A stretch of 64,000 bases of DNA from Paramoeba atlantica (GCA_977017575.1 CDRNVI010000088.1:62001-126000), one strand, 5' to 3'. Counted from the stretch's first letter, positions 50,185-61,733 are shown. The notes: generated by a model from the letters alone, not told the origin. A program made the numbers and translations.

Positions 50185-50533
50185 AACCCTGTTCCGGGTT
50201 ATTGTGCACCCCCTGCACAATAACTGGCTCTAGGCACAATAACTAAATATTGGAAAACCAAAAAAAGGGTTAAAAGATATATTTGGCGCCGCTTCGCGGC
50301 GACTTTTTTATGGACAAACACGTTCATGTGCAGAAAACATTCTATTTAAGGGATGTGTTGTTGAACAAACTACGTTATTTTCGAGAAAATGGGAATAAAA
50401 AACCAAAAAATTACGGCGCCGCCTGGCGGCGCCATATTTTGAAGGGGGGGGCACAATAATAGTGGTTGTTTCCACTTATTGTGCCCCCCCTGCACAATAA
50501 GTAGCTCTAGGCACAATAACCCGGAACAGGGTT
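50185..50533. mobile_element. 349-bp MITE, perfect 23-bp TIR AACCCTGTTCCGGGTTATTGTGC, TA target duplication
   Basis: TIRs at 50185-50207 and 50511-50533; TA at 50183-84 and 50534-35; repeated GCACAATAA motifs. Confidence 0.9.
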
Positions 50534-51310
50534 TACCAATAAACGAGCGTATAATTTGCACTCAATAATAGAAATATCAAAAATGAGGAACACGCCAGAT
50601 TTTATTCACTTTAACCGACACTTCTTTCTCAAGTATACACAATGCACCCACACTACAGAATGTACATACTGAAAGTACAGACATAAAGTTCAGAGTGGTA
50701 CCCCCCTACTTATTACGTAGGAAATTACGTCACCTTGCACACCAAACAAAGCACGGTATGTCACAAAGCATGTTGTGTCACTACATGAAGTGCACACGTG
50801 TTCTCTCCAGGCTTGCTGCGGACATGAGGTGAAATTAAAGCAAAATTACCTTTTTTTTACTTACGACAAACGTGAAAGCAAACTCACTTCATGAATCACA
50901 TTTTTTTGAAATATCTTGCTTTGCTTCAGCATTTTATAGTGCCCTGTGTGGCGCGTGCTCGATTTTCCTGTCAAAAAAAGCTCACTTTGAAGAAGGTTTC
51001 TCTGTGGGCCGAGGAGGGTTGTGTGCAGTGACTAAAAAAATACAAATATCCATTGAAATCTTTGCCGATCTAACTTCCACTGCATTGCTCCAAAAGTTAA
51101 TGAAGCAGTAGCTATTAAAACCGCAAGGATTAAAGAGAAAGAATTTCGGAAAGAATGCTATAAAAAGTCATTGTTTTGGGGGAAATTGAAAAAAAGACTA
51201 AATTTGCTAGAAATTAACCGGACATGACATGCGTACAATGAAGTATGATGATTGAGGAGCGTCAAAGTCTCTCTTTGAACATTTTTATATTATCTTTGTC
51301 GTGTAGCGGG

Positions 51311-51596
51311 GAGAGAGAGTGGGGTTGAAGGTTACTGTTGTGTGGATTGGTGAGAGAGCAGGGTTGAAGGTTACTGTCGTGTGGATTGGAGAGAGAGAGC
51401 AGGGTTGAAGGTTACTGTCGTGTGGAGGAGAGAGAGAGTGGGGTTGAAGGTTACTGCCGTGTGGAGGGGAGAGAGAGAGCAGGGTTGAAGGTTACTGTCG
51501 TGTGGAGGAGAGAGAGAGAGTGGGGTTGAAGGTTACTGCCGTGTGGAGGGGAGAGAGCGGGGTTGAAGGTTACTGTGATGTAGAGGGGAGAGAGAG
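51311..51596. repeat. Seven-unit about 40-bp minisatellite, core GGGTTGAAGGTTACTG, (GA)n linkers
   Basis: Seven invariant 16-bp cores counted; units 3-4 and 5-6 form a duplicated dimer. Confidence 0.95.
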
Positions 51597-52031
51597 CCTG
51601 CCCGTAATCTGCTTCTGCCTCGGAGAACCATGAGGCGGGATAATCTAAAAATAGTAAAAACGGAACTAAACGTAACGAAATAGTTTTTAAATCTAAATTG
51701 CGTGCAATGAGGTTTTAGAGTTAAGGAGTAATTTTAATCTAAATAGTGTGTAATTGGACAATAATATTTGTTTTCGACACAAATCGGATTTTGATAAAAA
51801 AAAATATGTAGGGGGAGGAATTCACTATCTTTTCCCAGAAATGACAATTAAGTAGGAGGATGGGGGGGTGACAATTATGTAGCGGGGTATAGTACTAATA
51901 AACCTGGTAATTTAGTACGTAATACTTACGTTCCATAGGTAACTAACGAGAATATATGAAAGGAAAAAAACTGAGCGCGTCGAGTAATGAAGTTTCCTTT
52001 TCTTAATTCTCCATTACCAGATGAAGTTCGC

Positions 52032-52610
52032 CTAACATTTTTCGCGTAGCCATGGATAATTGTCATAAAGTTTTTTTTCGCACTCTGGGGTTACAGGTTC
52101 TTTTATTTGAAAGAAACTAAGAATTTCTGTTTCTGACTTTCCCATAATAGAAGCAGCAACTGCGGCACAGCACAGATCTCGTAAAGGTAGCAATATGAGA
52201 AAGTTTGCGGCTTTCAGAACTTTAAATAACTGTGAGTTTTTAGATTCGTCTCCATTTTCTAATAAACGAGTTTTATAAAATTCGTAGTCCCATTCGCTGA
52301 GTACGTCTTGCAGTTTAGCCCGAAGAGGTTTTTCGATCTCCTTCAAAGGATTCGCCTCGTGATAAGTTTGAAAATCGAAAACACATTGCAATGTGCGGGA
52401 TTCCATGTCTGGAAGCGGTATTTCAAGTCCGTCATTTTCCATTTCCATGAGTATATTTCGAATTACGGGGCTTTGCTCTAGCAATCGCTTATGGACCAAA
52501 TATTTTCTATTTTCCTTCGTAATCACAACTGCGTGATCAATACATTCAAGATCTGTTGGGAGATCCTTAATCTCAGTCATTGCTGAGAATACTTTTTCGG
52601 CGGATTCCAT
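52032..52610 (-). CDS. SKP1: SKP1 family protein
   Basis: QSPVIRNI..EIPLPD..TLQCVFDF..SEWDYEF..LKAANFL..LRDLCCAAVA..GKS. Confidence 0.9.
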   Translation of the reverse strand: MESAEKVFSAMTEIKDLPTDLECIDHAVVITKENRKYLVHKRLLEQSPVIRNILMEMENDGLEIPLPDMESRTLQCVFDFQTYHEANPLKEIEKPLRAKLQDVLSEWDYEFYKTRLLENGDESKNSQLFKVLKAANFLILLPLRDLCCAAVAASIMGKSETEILSFFQIKEPVTPECEKKLYDNYPWLREKC

Positions 52611-52797
52611 ATAAAAGAAATGAAAATGTTACGAGCTTTCTAGCTGCAGAAAATTGATAAAAAATATAATGGCACAGAAACAAACGTTCTTATATTTTTT
52701 ATCTGTAAAAGTAAGGAGACCACTGATAGCACTCTATCAATTGGAATAATACTGAGAGGAAGTCAGAAAATTATAAGTCGGTTATTTTCTGTTTAAG

Positions 52798-54735
52798 TTA
52801 AATGATCCACCTCGTCCCCGAGCAAAACATAAGAAAATGACTCACGAAATACAACATCAGAATAAAAAACTGCTCTACATCATTATCTCTTTCTAGTCTC
52901 GTTCTAAATAATAGAGCACAGCGGAACACGGGAGAATATTTCAATGATTTTATCTGAAACGCTCCTTCAGATCTGTTTTGTAGATGGTATCCACGCGCGG
53001 AGTAATACGTGCGCACCCCGACGCCGCTGATCACTGCAATAGAAGAAAAACAGAAATCCCGTGCAATGGCTTCTGCCGCCGCAAGGAGTCCTTTTCCAAA
53101 ACCCGTGTGTTGGGGGAGTGAAGCGTGCTTGGCATATGTCTTCACAAGACGACCATAGACATGGAGTTCACGGATCAACGCACACCCACGCAACTCAGGA
53201 AAGGCATCTTCACCGGCAGTGCGTGTCAAACGGAGACGGAGAAAGCCATAGAGCGTATCGGTCTCAGGCAACTCATAGGAGAGAAACACCTCCAATCCTT
53301 GTTGGGCAATGTAATCCCGTCGTACCAACACGGCCTCGTGTCGTTTGCTAAGTGCCTGGGCGTCGGTACCCACCTCACGACAGCGAATACAGCGGCAGTG
53401 ACGACCGGCCGCGTGCAATCGACTCTCCAACGACTGCCGAAGATTCCCACAACAAGTGCCTCCCAGGACATACTCGGCGGGAATGTCTCGAATCACACGA
53501 TTCAGCCGAATCCACGGGTGAACACGCTGCTTGGCATAACAAATAACGTCAATCAGGTTCTCCAGGCCGTAGGGACGGTACTTGCCCTGCTCAAACCACT
53601 GCTGGATAAGCGTCCAGGGAGTGATTTGACATGGGTAAATCTTCCACTGGTCCGCCTGTAAGTCGCTGTTGTACAAGAAGTCGTCAAACATAGCCTTATC
53701 CCCCTCCGGGGTGGCCCCGGGGAGATCCGGCATAATATGAATGTCAATCTTGAAACAAGCGTCTTTTAATAAACGAAGCGCTCGAACGGCGTCTGCCCTG
53801 GTGCTTCCTCGATTCACGGCTTGCAGGATATTATCATCGGAGTGCTGCACACCAAGTTGAATACGCGTGCACCCGAGCTGCCGCAGCCGACGCACCATCT
53901 CTGGGTTGATTGTGTCAGGACGTGTCTCAAGTGTTATGCCAATGACACGAACACTCTCGGTTTCATTGAATCGTTTCTCGGCCTCAAGTGACTCACGCCG
54001 TCGTGTTGGTTTTGCATAGGTGTTTGCAGCAAAGAGCACATCGCGAATAAAAGTCTCTTGATATTCCATAGGATAGCTCTCCCAGGTACCGCCCAAAACA
54101 AGGACCTCCACCTTGTCAGGGGTATGGCCTATTTCAGTCAAGGTGCGGACCCTTTCTTGGAACTGTACGATGGGGTCAAAATCCAGACGATTCGCCCGCC
54201 GAACTCCTGGTTCATTTAATAAATAGCTGCGGGGTTGCCCGGGCTCATTAGGACAATAATGACAATTCCATTGGCATGAAAATCGTTGTTTCACCCCGTT
54301 AACCTCAGGATACGGTGAGGTAAACACAGTCACGACCAAAACTCCGCTGCTGCTTCGTGTAGATTTCTTGATAAGATAGTCGTCCAAAATCTCGTGATGA
54401 GAAATGCTCCCTTTTTGAAGTAACGCTTGATATGTAGCCAGAAGATTCGCCTTGCTGCAAGCCTTTTTGTATTGCTTCCGAAGACGCGGGATTTCACGAT
54501 CAATTGCCTTTTTAGAAGTTGGATTTCGAGATATGAGCTCCGTAACAATAGTTTGGTATATTTCGACGTCTTCTTCGGGAACTGAGGCTTGATAAGGAGC
54601 CTCCTCCTCTAAAAGTTGTTGCAAATTTGGAAGTTTCTGTATTTTAGATGTAACGATAGCTTCTTCATATTCATCAAGATACATGTGAGGAGCCTCATTG
54701 TGACCCCTTGAAGCTAAATCTTCAATGTCAGCCAT
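52798..54735 (-). CDS. ELP3: ELP3-like radical SAM/GNAT acetyltransferase
   Basis: CQWNCHYC (CxxxCxxC), VLGGTW, ITLETRPD, IQLGVQH, WKIYPC, IRELHVYG, QHTGFGKGLL. Confidence 0.95.
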   Translation of the reverse strand: MADIEDLASRGHNEAPHMYLDEYEEAIVTSKIQKLPNLQQLLEEEAPYQASVPEEDVEIYQTIVTELISRNPTSKKAIDREIPRLRKQYKKACSKANLLATYQALLQKGSISHHEILDDYLIKKSTRSSSGVLVVTVFTSPYPEVNGVKQRFSCQWNCHYCPNEPGQPRSYLLNEPGVRRANRLDFDPIVQFQERVRTLTEIGHTPDKVEVLVLGGTWESYPMEYQETFIRDVLFAANTYAKPTRRRESLEAEKRFNETESVRVIGITLETRPDTINPEMVRRLRQLGCTRIQLGVQHSDDNILQAVNRGSTRADAVRALRLLKDACFKIDIHIMPDLPGATPEGDKAMFDDFLYNSDLQADQWKIYPCQITPWTLIQQWFEQGKYRPYGLENLIDVICYAKQRVHPWIRLNRVIRDIPAEYVLGGTCCGNLRQSLESRLHAAGRHCRCIRCREVGTDAQALSKRHEAVLVRRDYIAQQGLEVFLSYELPETDTLYGFLRLRLTRTAGEDAFPELRGCALIRELHVYGRLVKTYAKHASLPQHTGFGKGLLAAAEAIARDFCFSSIAVISGVGVRTYYSARGYHLQNRSEGAFQIKSLKYSPVFRCALLFRTRLERDNDVEQFFILMLYFVSHFLMFCSGTRWII

Positions 54736-55358
54736 TTATAGGTATCGAAGAATATAACGAAAAAATACCAATAGTGTTTTCCAATAGTGCATTAGAAGAC
54801 GTACATTCTAGTTGTCGTAATCCTAAGAATGCTAAAATAGTAAATCCAATGGTAGAACTGAGGTATTTCTGTGCCACTTAAATATACAATAAAGGTTATC
54901 AGCACACATTCAGCTGATAAAAAATCAACGCATGCATACCAATTCAGTGGCACAGCGAAGTGAGCTGACTCCGGAGCGCACAGATGCTTGAATCCGTATT
55001 CGTATCAAAAAATCGTATAGTCAAAATAATATTGTCATCAATGCAGCCCAAATCTAGCAAAACACTTTACTTACTTTAAAACGTTATACGGTCTTATCAA
55101 CAATAGTACTCAAAAATTTCATCAATATGGAAAAATCCCGAGCTTCTACTACTCAATCGACAGCCCATGTTAAACGCGTACTCTGTTGAAAGAATAAATT
55201 GTTGAAAGATAACCGCCTAAATAACCGCGCTCCATGTATAGAAACGCTCTTCCATAGTGATAAACTACATAATATTTTATTTAGATATCGTTCCTTTTTG
55301 TTTTTGATCTGAATGCCGAACGTATGAACGTTCGTTCAATATGATATATGAAAACGGT

Positions 55359-56981
55359 CTACAACTTAGCGTTGACTTGGTAATCTTGAGGATTCACTGA
55401 TCGAAGCGCCGGATCCGCCTTGGCCTCGTACTTCTTAAAATTCTCACGGAACATACGAGCCAGTTTGTTGACCTGTTGCACATACGCCTTCTTATTCTTC
55501 CATGCGTTGTACGGGTTCAAGATTTCATTCGGCACGCCTGGGCACGATTTGGGAATACGGAAGCCCCATCCCGGCATCACCTCGTACCGTGCCTTGACGA
55601 GACTACCGTCATGAATCGCATCCAAAATCTTCCGCGTCCAGCGAAGCTTGATGCGAGGGGCTTGCCCGGCGGGACCCTGCACCCAGCCCGTGTTCACCAA
55701 CCAGCAAGGGACATTGTACTTTTGCAGACGCTCAGCAAGCTGTTTAGCGTACACCGTGGGGTGCCACACAAGAAACGGTCCTCCGAAGCACGCACTGAAG
55801 GTGGGGGTGGGTTCGACAATCCCCATCTCCGTACCCGGTACCTTTGCGGTGTACCCACTGATGAATTGGTACATCGCCTGGGGCTCCGTAAGCTTGCTGA
55901 CGGGAGGGAGGCATCCAAAGGCGTCGTTCGTCAGAAGGATGATATTCTTTGGGTGACCCCCGACGGCGGGAAGCTTTACATTGTCGATGTGGTGCAGCGG
56001 GTAGGAGCAGCGCGTGTTTTCTGTGATACTCACATCGTTGTACTGCACCACCCGGCCGTCATTCAGCACAACATTCTCCACAACACAGCCGAACCGAATC
56101 GCGTTGAAGATGTCGGGCTCATTGTCCTTGGAGAGCCCAATCGCCTTGGCGTAGCACCCCCCTTCGACGTTAAAGATCCCGTGATCGGTCCACACGTGCT
56201 CGTCGTCCCCGATGAGCTTACGATGGGGATCGGCAGAGAGCGTAGTCTTTCCCGTCCCGCTGAGTCCAAAAAACACGGAGACATCACCTGAGACGCCCTC
56301 GTTGGCACTGGCATGCATGGTGAGCTGCCCCGCCTTTGGCAGGGTGTACATCATCAGAGTCAGCACCCCTTTCTTCATCTCCCCGGCGTACTCGGTACCC
56401 ATAATCACCATCTCGTTACGGCGAAACGAAAGCCCGACCATGGTCTGGGACGTGACGCCACGTTCCAACTTGGACTGCGTCCACTGGCCGGCGTTGTAAA
56501 TCACAAAGTCCGGCTTGCCGAAATTCGCCAACTCCGCGGGGGTGGGTTCGATGAGCATGTTCTTCATAAACAGCGCGTGGTAGGCCCGGGTCGTGATGAT
56601 ACGCACTTTCATACGGTAGAGCGGATCCCAGCCGGTGTAGCAGTCGGTGACAAACAGGTGATCCCGGGTGTTTAGAAAATCCACCGCGCGCTGGACGCTG
56701 GTCGCGAAGTTTTCGGGCTCGATCGGGACATTGACTTCACCCCACCACACGTCCTTCTCGTAGTCCTCGTCGCGACACACACGCTTGTCTTTGGGGGAAC
56801 GTCCGGTCTTGACGCCGGAGAGTACGCTAAGGGCTCCAGTGCTGGTGACTTTCGAACTCGGGGTGGTGCGGACTTCGTACTCATAGAGTGTTGCGGTGGG
56901 AGCGTTGTGAACCAGCTTCATCCCGTAGCGAATACCCAAGTCGTGGATGTAGTCGAGCGTGTGGCGTGGTTTTTTCGACAT
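55359..56981 (-). CDS. PEPCK: Phosphoenolpyruvate carboxykinase (ATP), glycosomal (PTS1 -AKL)
   Basis: TGRSPKDK, GTEYAGEMKKG, FFGLSGTGKTTLS, LIGDDEH, NVEGGCYAK, ITENTRCSYP; ends NAKL. Confidence 0.98.
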   Translation of the reverse strand: MSKKPRHTLDYIHDLGIRYGMKLVHNAPTATLYEYEVRTTPSSKVTSTGALSVLSGVKTGRSPKDKRVCRDEDYEKDVWWGEVNVPIEPENFATSVQRAVDFLNTRDHLFVTDCYTGWDPLYRMKVRIITTRAYHALFMKNMLIEPTPAELANFGKPDFVIYNAGQWTQSKLERGVTSQTMVGLSFRRNEMVIMGTEYAGEMKKGVLTLMMYTLPKAGQLTMHASANEGVSGDVSVFFGLSGTGKTTLSADPHRKLIGDDEHVWTDHGIFNVEGGCYAKAIGLSKDNEPDIFNAIRFGCVVENVVLNDGRVVQYNDVSITENTRCSYPLHHIDNVKLPAVGGHPKNIILLTNDAFGCLPPVSKLTEPQAMYQFISGYTAKVPGTEMGIVEPTPTFSACFGGPFLVWHPTVYAKQLAERLQKYNVPCWLVNTGWVQGPAGQAPRIKLRWTRKILDAIHDGSLVKARYEVMPGWGFRIPKSCPGVPNEILNPYNAWKNKKAYVQQVNKLARMFRENFKKYEAKADPALRSVNPQDYQVNAKL

Positions 56982-57268
56982 TTTTGAAGTGTGGGGTTGT
57001 AGTTACAAGTGTAAAGGGTTTAGTAGTGTTGCGGAGGTTAAGTGAACTGTTTGAGTGCAACGTTTTATAAACACTGTCATACACTGCAGGCTACTGTATA
57101 CTTCGTATGATTTGTGTAAGAGTAAAATGTAGAGCTAAATGTAAAATCAATAAAAACAGCAAAACAGGTGTAAGCAACTCTTTTGCGACAAAAAATGGAG
57201 TCCAGTTCGAGTGTGCTTTTGCTCAATAGTCGCCCAAGACTTTAGCATGTTAAATAATCACTCGATCC

Positions 57269-60259
57269 TCAAACTTCGGCTAATTCCGCTTGTTGTAAAT
57301 CTTCAACACAGAGAAGAGCTTCTCGTAGTTCTGCCGCGAACAGAGATAGCGAATAAATGACGGCATGAACTCCCTCCGCTTCTTCACTTCGGATAGGCAT
57401 TGGCTGATGCTTAGGATAAGGAGTCGAAAACTGAGTCGACTCACAAAGATCATCGTCATCTGGCTTCATGCTAATACTCTGATGTCCAAGAAATTCGGTA
57501 CATGATAGAAACGGTTTCGAGGATTCAATCTCATCCTTCACACTTCCTTGAGAATGTAGATCTTCCACACTCGATAGCTTCGTGGAGCTGCCTGCTTCTT
57601 CTGCCACATTTTCAAGCGCATGTTGTATCATGCCACGTAATTCTCTGTCACGGTAGTGACGTAGAACATTGATCAGTTCCGTAAGCTTTGTAGAATGCGA
57701 AACAATTTCCGAAGCCAATGCCGAATGTTTCTTAAGAAGGGATATTATGAGCATGCATACTATGGACTTGCAGTGCTCCCCGATTTCATTCCCAACAGGT
57801 TCCAAGGTGGAAAGTATCGAAATCGCAGCTTCAGAAAGATGATGTTTTTCATGACATTTTCCGTTGATTATTCCCTTTTGGATTGCTGCGTAGTTTGGTC
57901 GGAGTACAGAATTTCGTCGCAATACTATTTTGTCTTGACTAGGGGATCGGTACTGCATTTTTTCGGATGATTGTACTTCTTGTACAGAGGGAACGCTAAA
58001 CATAAGTTTCCATGCTGCACTGCTCGTTTCCAAGATTGCATGCATGTTTAGAAACACACGGTGCAGCTTGCCACTTGAGTACACAGGGTACGGTGTGCGT
58101 CGCATATCTGGTTCATCTTCTGCCAGAGAAAGCCATGTGCTCTCCAGCGCCAACGATTTTTTCATAGCAGACAGAGACGTTTCCAAGTCGCAAATGGAGC
58201 TTAGACGCTTGCCAAAGACCGCCAAACAAGAAGACAGAGATGCTGCTAAGTGCTTCATTGTAATCGTTCTTTGAGCAATAAGTTCAGCCCTGGCAGAAGT
58301 GGGGAAGAGGAGTAGAGAAATAACAATGTATATCATGACAGAAAACGTGTTTTGCATGATACGTACAATAGCCTCATCTGTGTCTATGCCCGGTGTTAGC
58401 ATCCCAACAAGAACAAAGCAACCGTAAAAAGCAGCAGTTCCGTAAGCCTTCCCAGTTCGTGCCAAATTAAATGCGAACAATGTAACACAAGATGCAATAA
58501 CTAGCCCAGTCGTTGAGTGCACAAGGGAACCGGCTGAGAAACCTATAACTGCACCCATCAGTGTGCCAAAAAGACGTTGAGCTGCTCCTACAACAGCGGA
58601 CCCAGGATCATCAGAAGCAACGAAACATACGATGGTAGGCCCCGTGAGCCACGCATAACGCGGACTATGCATGGCAAAAAAGGCGACAGAAAGCGTTAGC
58701 GCTAGACTCGTCTTAAAAGACTCTTTCAGACGACGAAGGTCGTGATTCGAATATTGGAATGTAACATAGCGAAAGATTCTATCGATCAAATCCTTGGGAC
58801 CCTTCAGAAGATAGGTTTTCCAAAGCGGTAGGCATTTAGGACGTTCCTGCTTCGACGAACGTATAGCGAGTAATACAGTGCAGAATGTCCGTACATGAAA
58901 GTTGAAAAAGTTAATAAGCGCATTATTTTCAACTTCTTGAGGAGTAGGTGGCCTTCCCAAACCGTAATTAATTCTTCGGCGCCCATCCAGAATTTTATCT
59001 TCGAATCGATCGAGACAAGTCTCCAGCGAGGAAAGCTTCAGGTCAGCATCTTTTAAGGACCCTGTTTCACCAAGCCCAAAGCAAATAGCCTCAGCGTCAC
59101 GGACAAGGTCTTTCAGCGGAATGGAAAGCGTATTTGCCCAGGCCTCCATTCGCCGAGAGTTTAACACTGCATCCGACACTTGCGACAGATTCTCCACAAC
59201 TCGTAGCATAGAGAGCAATATCTCGTTTAGTTGTTCGAAAACATACCTCTTGGATTCGCGTTCTCTGGTTGTATGCAGCAGTTCAGGCTCCGTCATGGAG
59301 TCTTTGCTACTCTCCTGCAACTCGTGAAAATTTTGCTCGAGCGCCCTCTTTGCAAATCGAAAGCGCACGAGATTTACGTTTCGATCCATATTTTTTCCAC
59401 ACCAAAATGAATCGCAAAGCCCAGCAAAGCACAAACTAATATCTCTTGAGATGGCATGAAGTGTTGTATCAACTTCCTGGGTCGCCCGGCGCGGATAGGG
59501 AAAAAATTGAGCAAACACTCCGAAGCCGACTCCAAGGAAGAACTCGCTTACCAATCGGGAAGTTAACCAAACATCTTCCACGCCGGCCTCCATTGTTCTG
59601 TAGTGTCCAACGCATGAGACAGTCAGTAACAACAAGCTAATTCTCTTACAACGATCGTCTATGCACAATGCACCGAAAATGAACGTCAATAATGCATAGG
59701 CCACACCCCATAGTAGTCCGTTTTGATGCAGATTGAGAAGCGACACAGCTGTTCCCACGGGAAGAACAAACACGGCACCGCTTAGAGTGTGAAACAAGAA
59801 ACTTACGGTCTCACCAACCGTTGCCCGATATCCCAAAATAGAGCCCATAGTCATGATTGGCGTAGAAGTAAAACAATGTTTTGTCGCTTCTAAATTAAGC
59901 AGCAGTGAAGTCGGTAATATGCATAAAAGAGCCACCCGCAGAGCAAAGTCTATTTTGCCCCAGAAAAATCGATTGCTCAGAAACCCAAAGATTGGAGTGC
60001 TGTCAGCAGAACCAACGGCACGCAAATCCCACGGAACGCTGTGCTCAACGGAATTATCTAGAATAGGTGAATTCTTCTGCGAATTTGCTGCATGATGAGG
60101 CGAATCTGGAGACAAATTCCCTTGTATACTGTCACATGCCTTGAGAGCAGATACGTTGTGTATTGGAATCACAGTTTCGGAGTCGAGACTACGGACTTCA
60201 CCACTTTCTCGAGGTTGTGTCTCGAGGATGGTTTCTTTTTTACGGGTTTCCATAGACAC
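57269..60259 (-). CDS. ALMT/FUSC-like (aromatic acid exporter superfamily) membrane transporter
   Basis: Two multi-TM blocks (IDFALRVALLC..; FKTSLALTL..GPTIVCFV..QRLFGTLMGAVIG) each followed by a soluble helical domain. Confidence 0.75.
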   Translation of the reverse strand: MSMETRKKETILETQPRESGEVRSLDSETVIPIHNVSALKACDSIQGNLSPDSPHHAANSQKNSPILDNSVEHSVPWDLRAVGSADSTPIFGFLSNRFFWGKIDFALRVALLCILPTSLLLNLEATKHCFTSTPIMTMGSILGYRATVGETVSFLFHTLSGAVFVLPVGTAVSLLNLHQNGLLWGVAYALLTFIFGALCIDDRCKRISLLLLTVSCVGHYRTMEAGVEDVWLTSRLVSEFFLGVGFGVFAQFFPYPRRATQEVDTTLHAISRDISLCFAGLCDSFWCGKNMDRNVNLVRFRFAKRALEQNFHELQESSKDSMTEPELLHTTRERESKRYVFEQLNEILLSMLRVVENLSQVSDAVLNSRRMEAWANTLSIPLKDLVRDAEAICFGLGETGSLKDADLKLSSLETCLDRFEDKILDGRRRINYGLGRPPTPQEVENNALINFFNFHVRTFCTVLLAIRSSKQERPKCLPLWKTYLLKGPKDLIDRIFRYVTFQYSNHDLRRLKESFKTSLALTLSVAFFAMHSPRYAWLTGPTIVCFVASDDPGSAVVGAAQRLFGTLMGAVIGFSAGSLVHSTTGLVIASCVTLFAFNLARTGKAYGTAAFYGCFVLVGMLTPGIDTDEAIVRIMQNTFSVMIYIVISLLLFPTSARAELIAQRTITMKHLAASLSSCLAVFGKRLSSICDLETSLSAMKKSLALESTWLSLAEDEPDMRRTPYPVYSSGKLHRVFLNMHAILETSSAAWKLMFSVPSVQEVQSSEKMQYRSPSQDKIVLRRNSVLRPNYAAIQKGIINGKCHEKHHLSEAAISILSTLEPVGNEIGEHCKSIVCMLIISLLKKHSALASEIVSHSTKLTELINVLRHYRDRELRGMIQHALENVAEEAGSSTKLSSVEDLHSQGSVKDEIESSKPFLSCTEFLGHQSISMKPDDDDLCESTQFSTPYPKHQPMPIRSEEAEGVHAVIYSLSLFAAELREALLCVEDLQQAELAEV

Positions 60260-60634
60260 CGTGAATAATGAGTAATTTATCTCTCACTCTAAGAGATGAA
60301 AAATTTGAGTGACTAAAAGCAACATAAAAATTGACGATCCGTATCCCAAGTAATCAAGATTAAAATTAACATGCGTGCCTATGTACAATGAAAGTATCGA
60401 AAAAAATTACAGAAACCGTAGCTTCAATGCTAGTTGAGAGTGGCTAAGCAAAGAAAAAAGATTTAATGTATGTACGCACCTATCGCTGCTAAAATTATCA
60501 GTGAGTAAAAATAACAGAATATCTCCTTCACATAATGTTATTAGCTATAAAGGAGTTCTATATAAGGAGTTCTATACTAGGCCAAGTAGAACCATTATGC
60601 AGTATTGGCCTCGAATCAAGATAGCTTTCGTTCT

Positions 60635-61465
60635 TTAAGGTTTGTAGACGCCAGCCACAAGTGCATGACCTCGTTCAAAAGGTTCCAACGTCACTTGCTC
60701 TTTCGGTCGCAGTTTCTCCTTTTTTAATTTTGCAACCTCAGAGGCAAAGACCACTTCTGGCTCTGCGGTGCTATCGACGCAGTTCGCCTTGATTGAAATA
60801 GCAAAGCCTCCCCCACTTTTCAGAAAATGTTTAGCATTCAAAGCAATGATTCGAGCCTGATCAGGTTGTGCTACGTCCATAAAGATAGCATCTACAAGTC
60901 CGGGGATCAGCATTCGATATTTCCACGGGTGACGCGCGTCTTCAACTATGGGCACAATATTCGGTCGATGCTTTGACATTTCCTCTAGATCCCTTCCGCA
61001 TCTTAATGAGAACTCGACGGCATACACTACTCCTTCCGAGCCGACGACATCACTGACGTGCGAAACAGTGGTTCCGCTGGCAGCTCCCAGATAGAGCACC
61101 TTCTCTCCCGGAGCGACGTACATTTTTTCTATGCCGTTGTAAATACCCGCCGCGAGCTTTGACCGGTACGGATTCCACACGCGAAATTCCGTGTTAGCCT
61201 CATCCTCCTCCTGTAACTTTACATTTATTTTCTTCTCTCCGTATACATTTACCCCGGGGACCTGACTCTGAGTGCACAGTGCCTTACCCCCGGAAACGAA
61301 CACCCCGGGAAAGCGATGGTGAGCACTGATTTCCGCACTTTTAGGTTTCCCCATGGAACCTCCGCGACCGCGACCTGAACCCCTACCACGTCCTCCACCA
61401 ATCCCGCCTCGGGCACGACCCCCTCGCATAGGTCCACCTCCTCGGCCCATAGGTCCTCCTCTCAT
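60635..61465 (-). CDS. NOP1: Fibrillarin rRNA 2'-O-methyltransferase
   Basis: RGG N-terminus; [12 protein letters not shown]; [17 protein letters not shown]; DVAQPDQ; LEPFERGHA. Confidence 0.98.
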   Translation of the reverse strand: MRGGPMGRGGGPMRGGRARGGIGGGRGRGSGRGRGGSMGKPKSAEISAHHRFPGVFVSGGKALCTQSQVPGVNVYGEKKINVKLQEEDEANTEFRVWNPYRSKLAAGIYNGIEKMYVAPGEKVLYLGAASGTTVSHVSDVVGSEGVVYAVEFSLRCGRDLEEMSKHRPNIVPIVEDARHPWKYRMLIPGLVDAIFMDVAQPDQARIIALNAKHFLKSGGGFAISIKANCVDSTAEPEVVFASEVAKLKKEKLRPKEQVTLEPFERGHALVAGVYKP

Positions 61466-61733
61466 GAAAATCTCGTGCTAAGAATGCAAAGGTGAAATAC
61501 TAAGGTACAGTTTTAATGGAAAGACACGGAACAAGAAGAGTGTACGTGTACGTTATGATAAGGTGCAAGGATAAAGACTAGACACAGCAAAAAGAGCAGA
61601 AAATAGTTCTTTCGGTGGGAATAGTAATTCTTTTAATTAACACAATTTAATTGAGATACACGGCATGATAAAAGACCGATACTGTATGTGGATAACGTAT
61701 AAATGCATATTTCTGCGAGAGAAAATTTGCGTT

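Noticed and set aside
50930-51230. Degenerate + strand coding-like stretch (CGAC ... H*NLCRSNFHC ...) suggesting a PHD finger or transposase tail
   Set aside because: Stops and wrong ligand spacing; it cannot be supported without alignment.
51311-51596. CRISPR-like appearance of regularly spaced invariant cores
   Set aside because: The linkers are mutually similar rather than unique spacers, the context is eukaryotic, and there are no cas genes.
55476-56291. Long + strand ORFs overlapping PEPCK, RPC82, RPN12 and others
   Set aside because: Antisense shadows of GC-rich coding sequence with no independent motifs.
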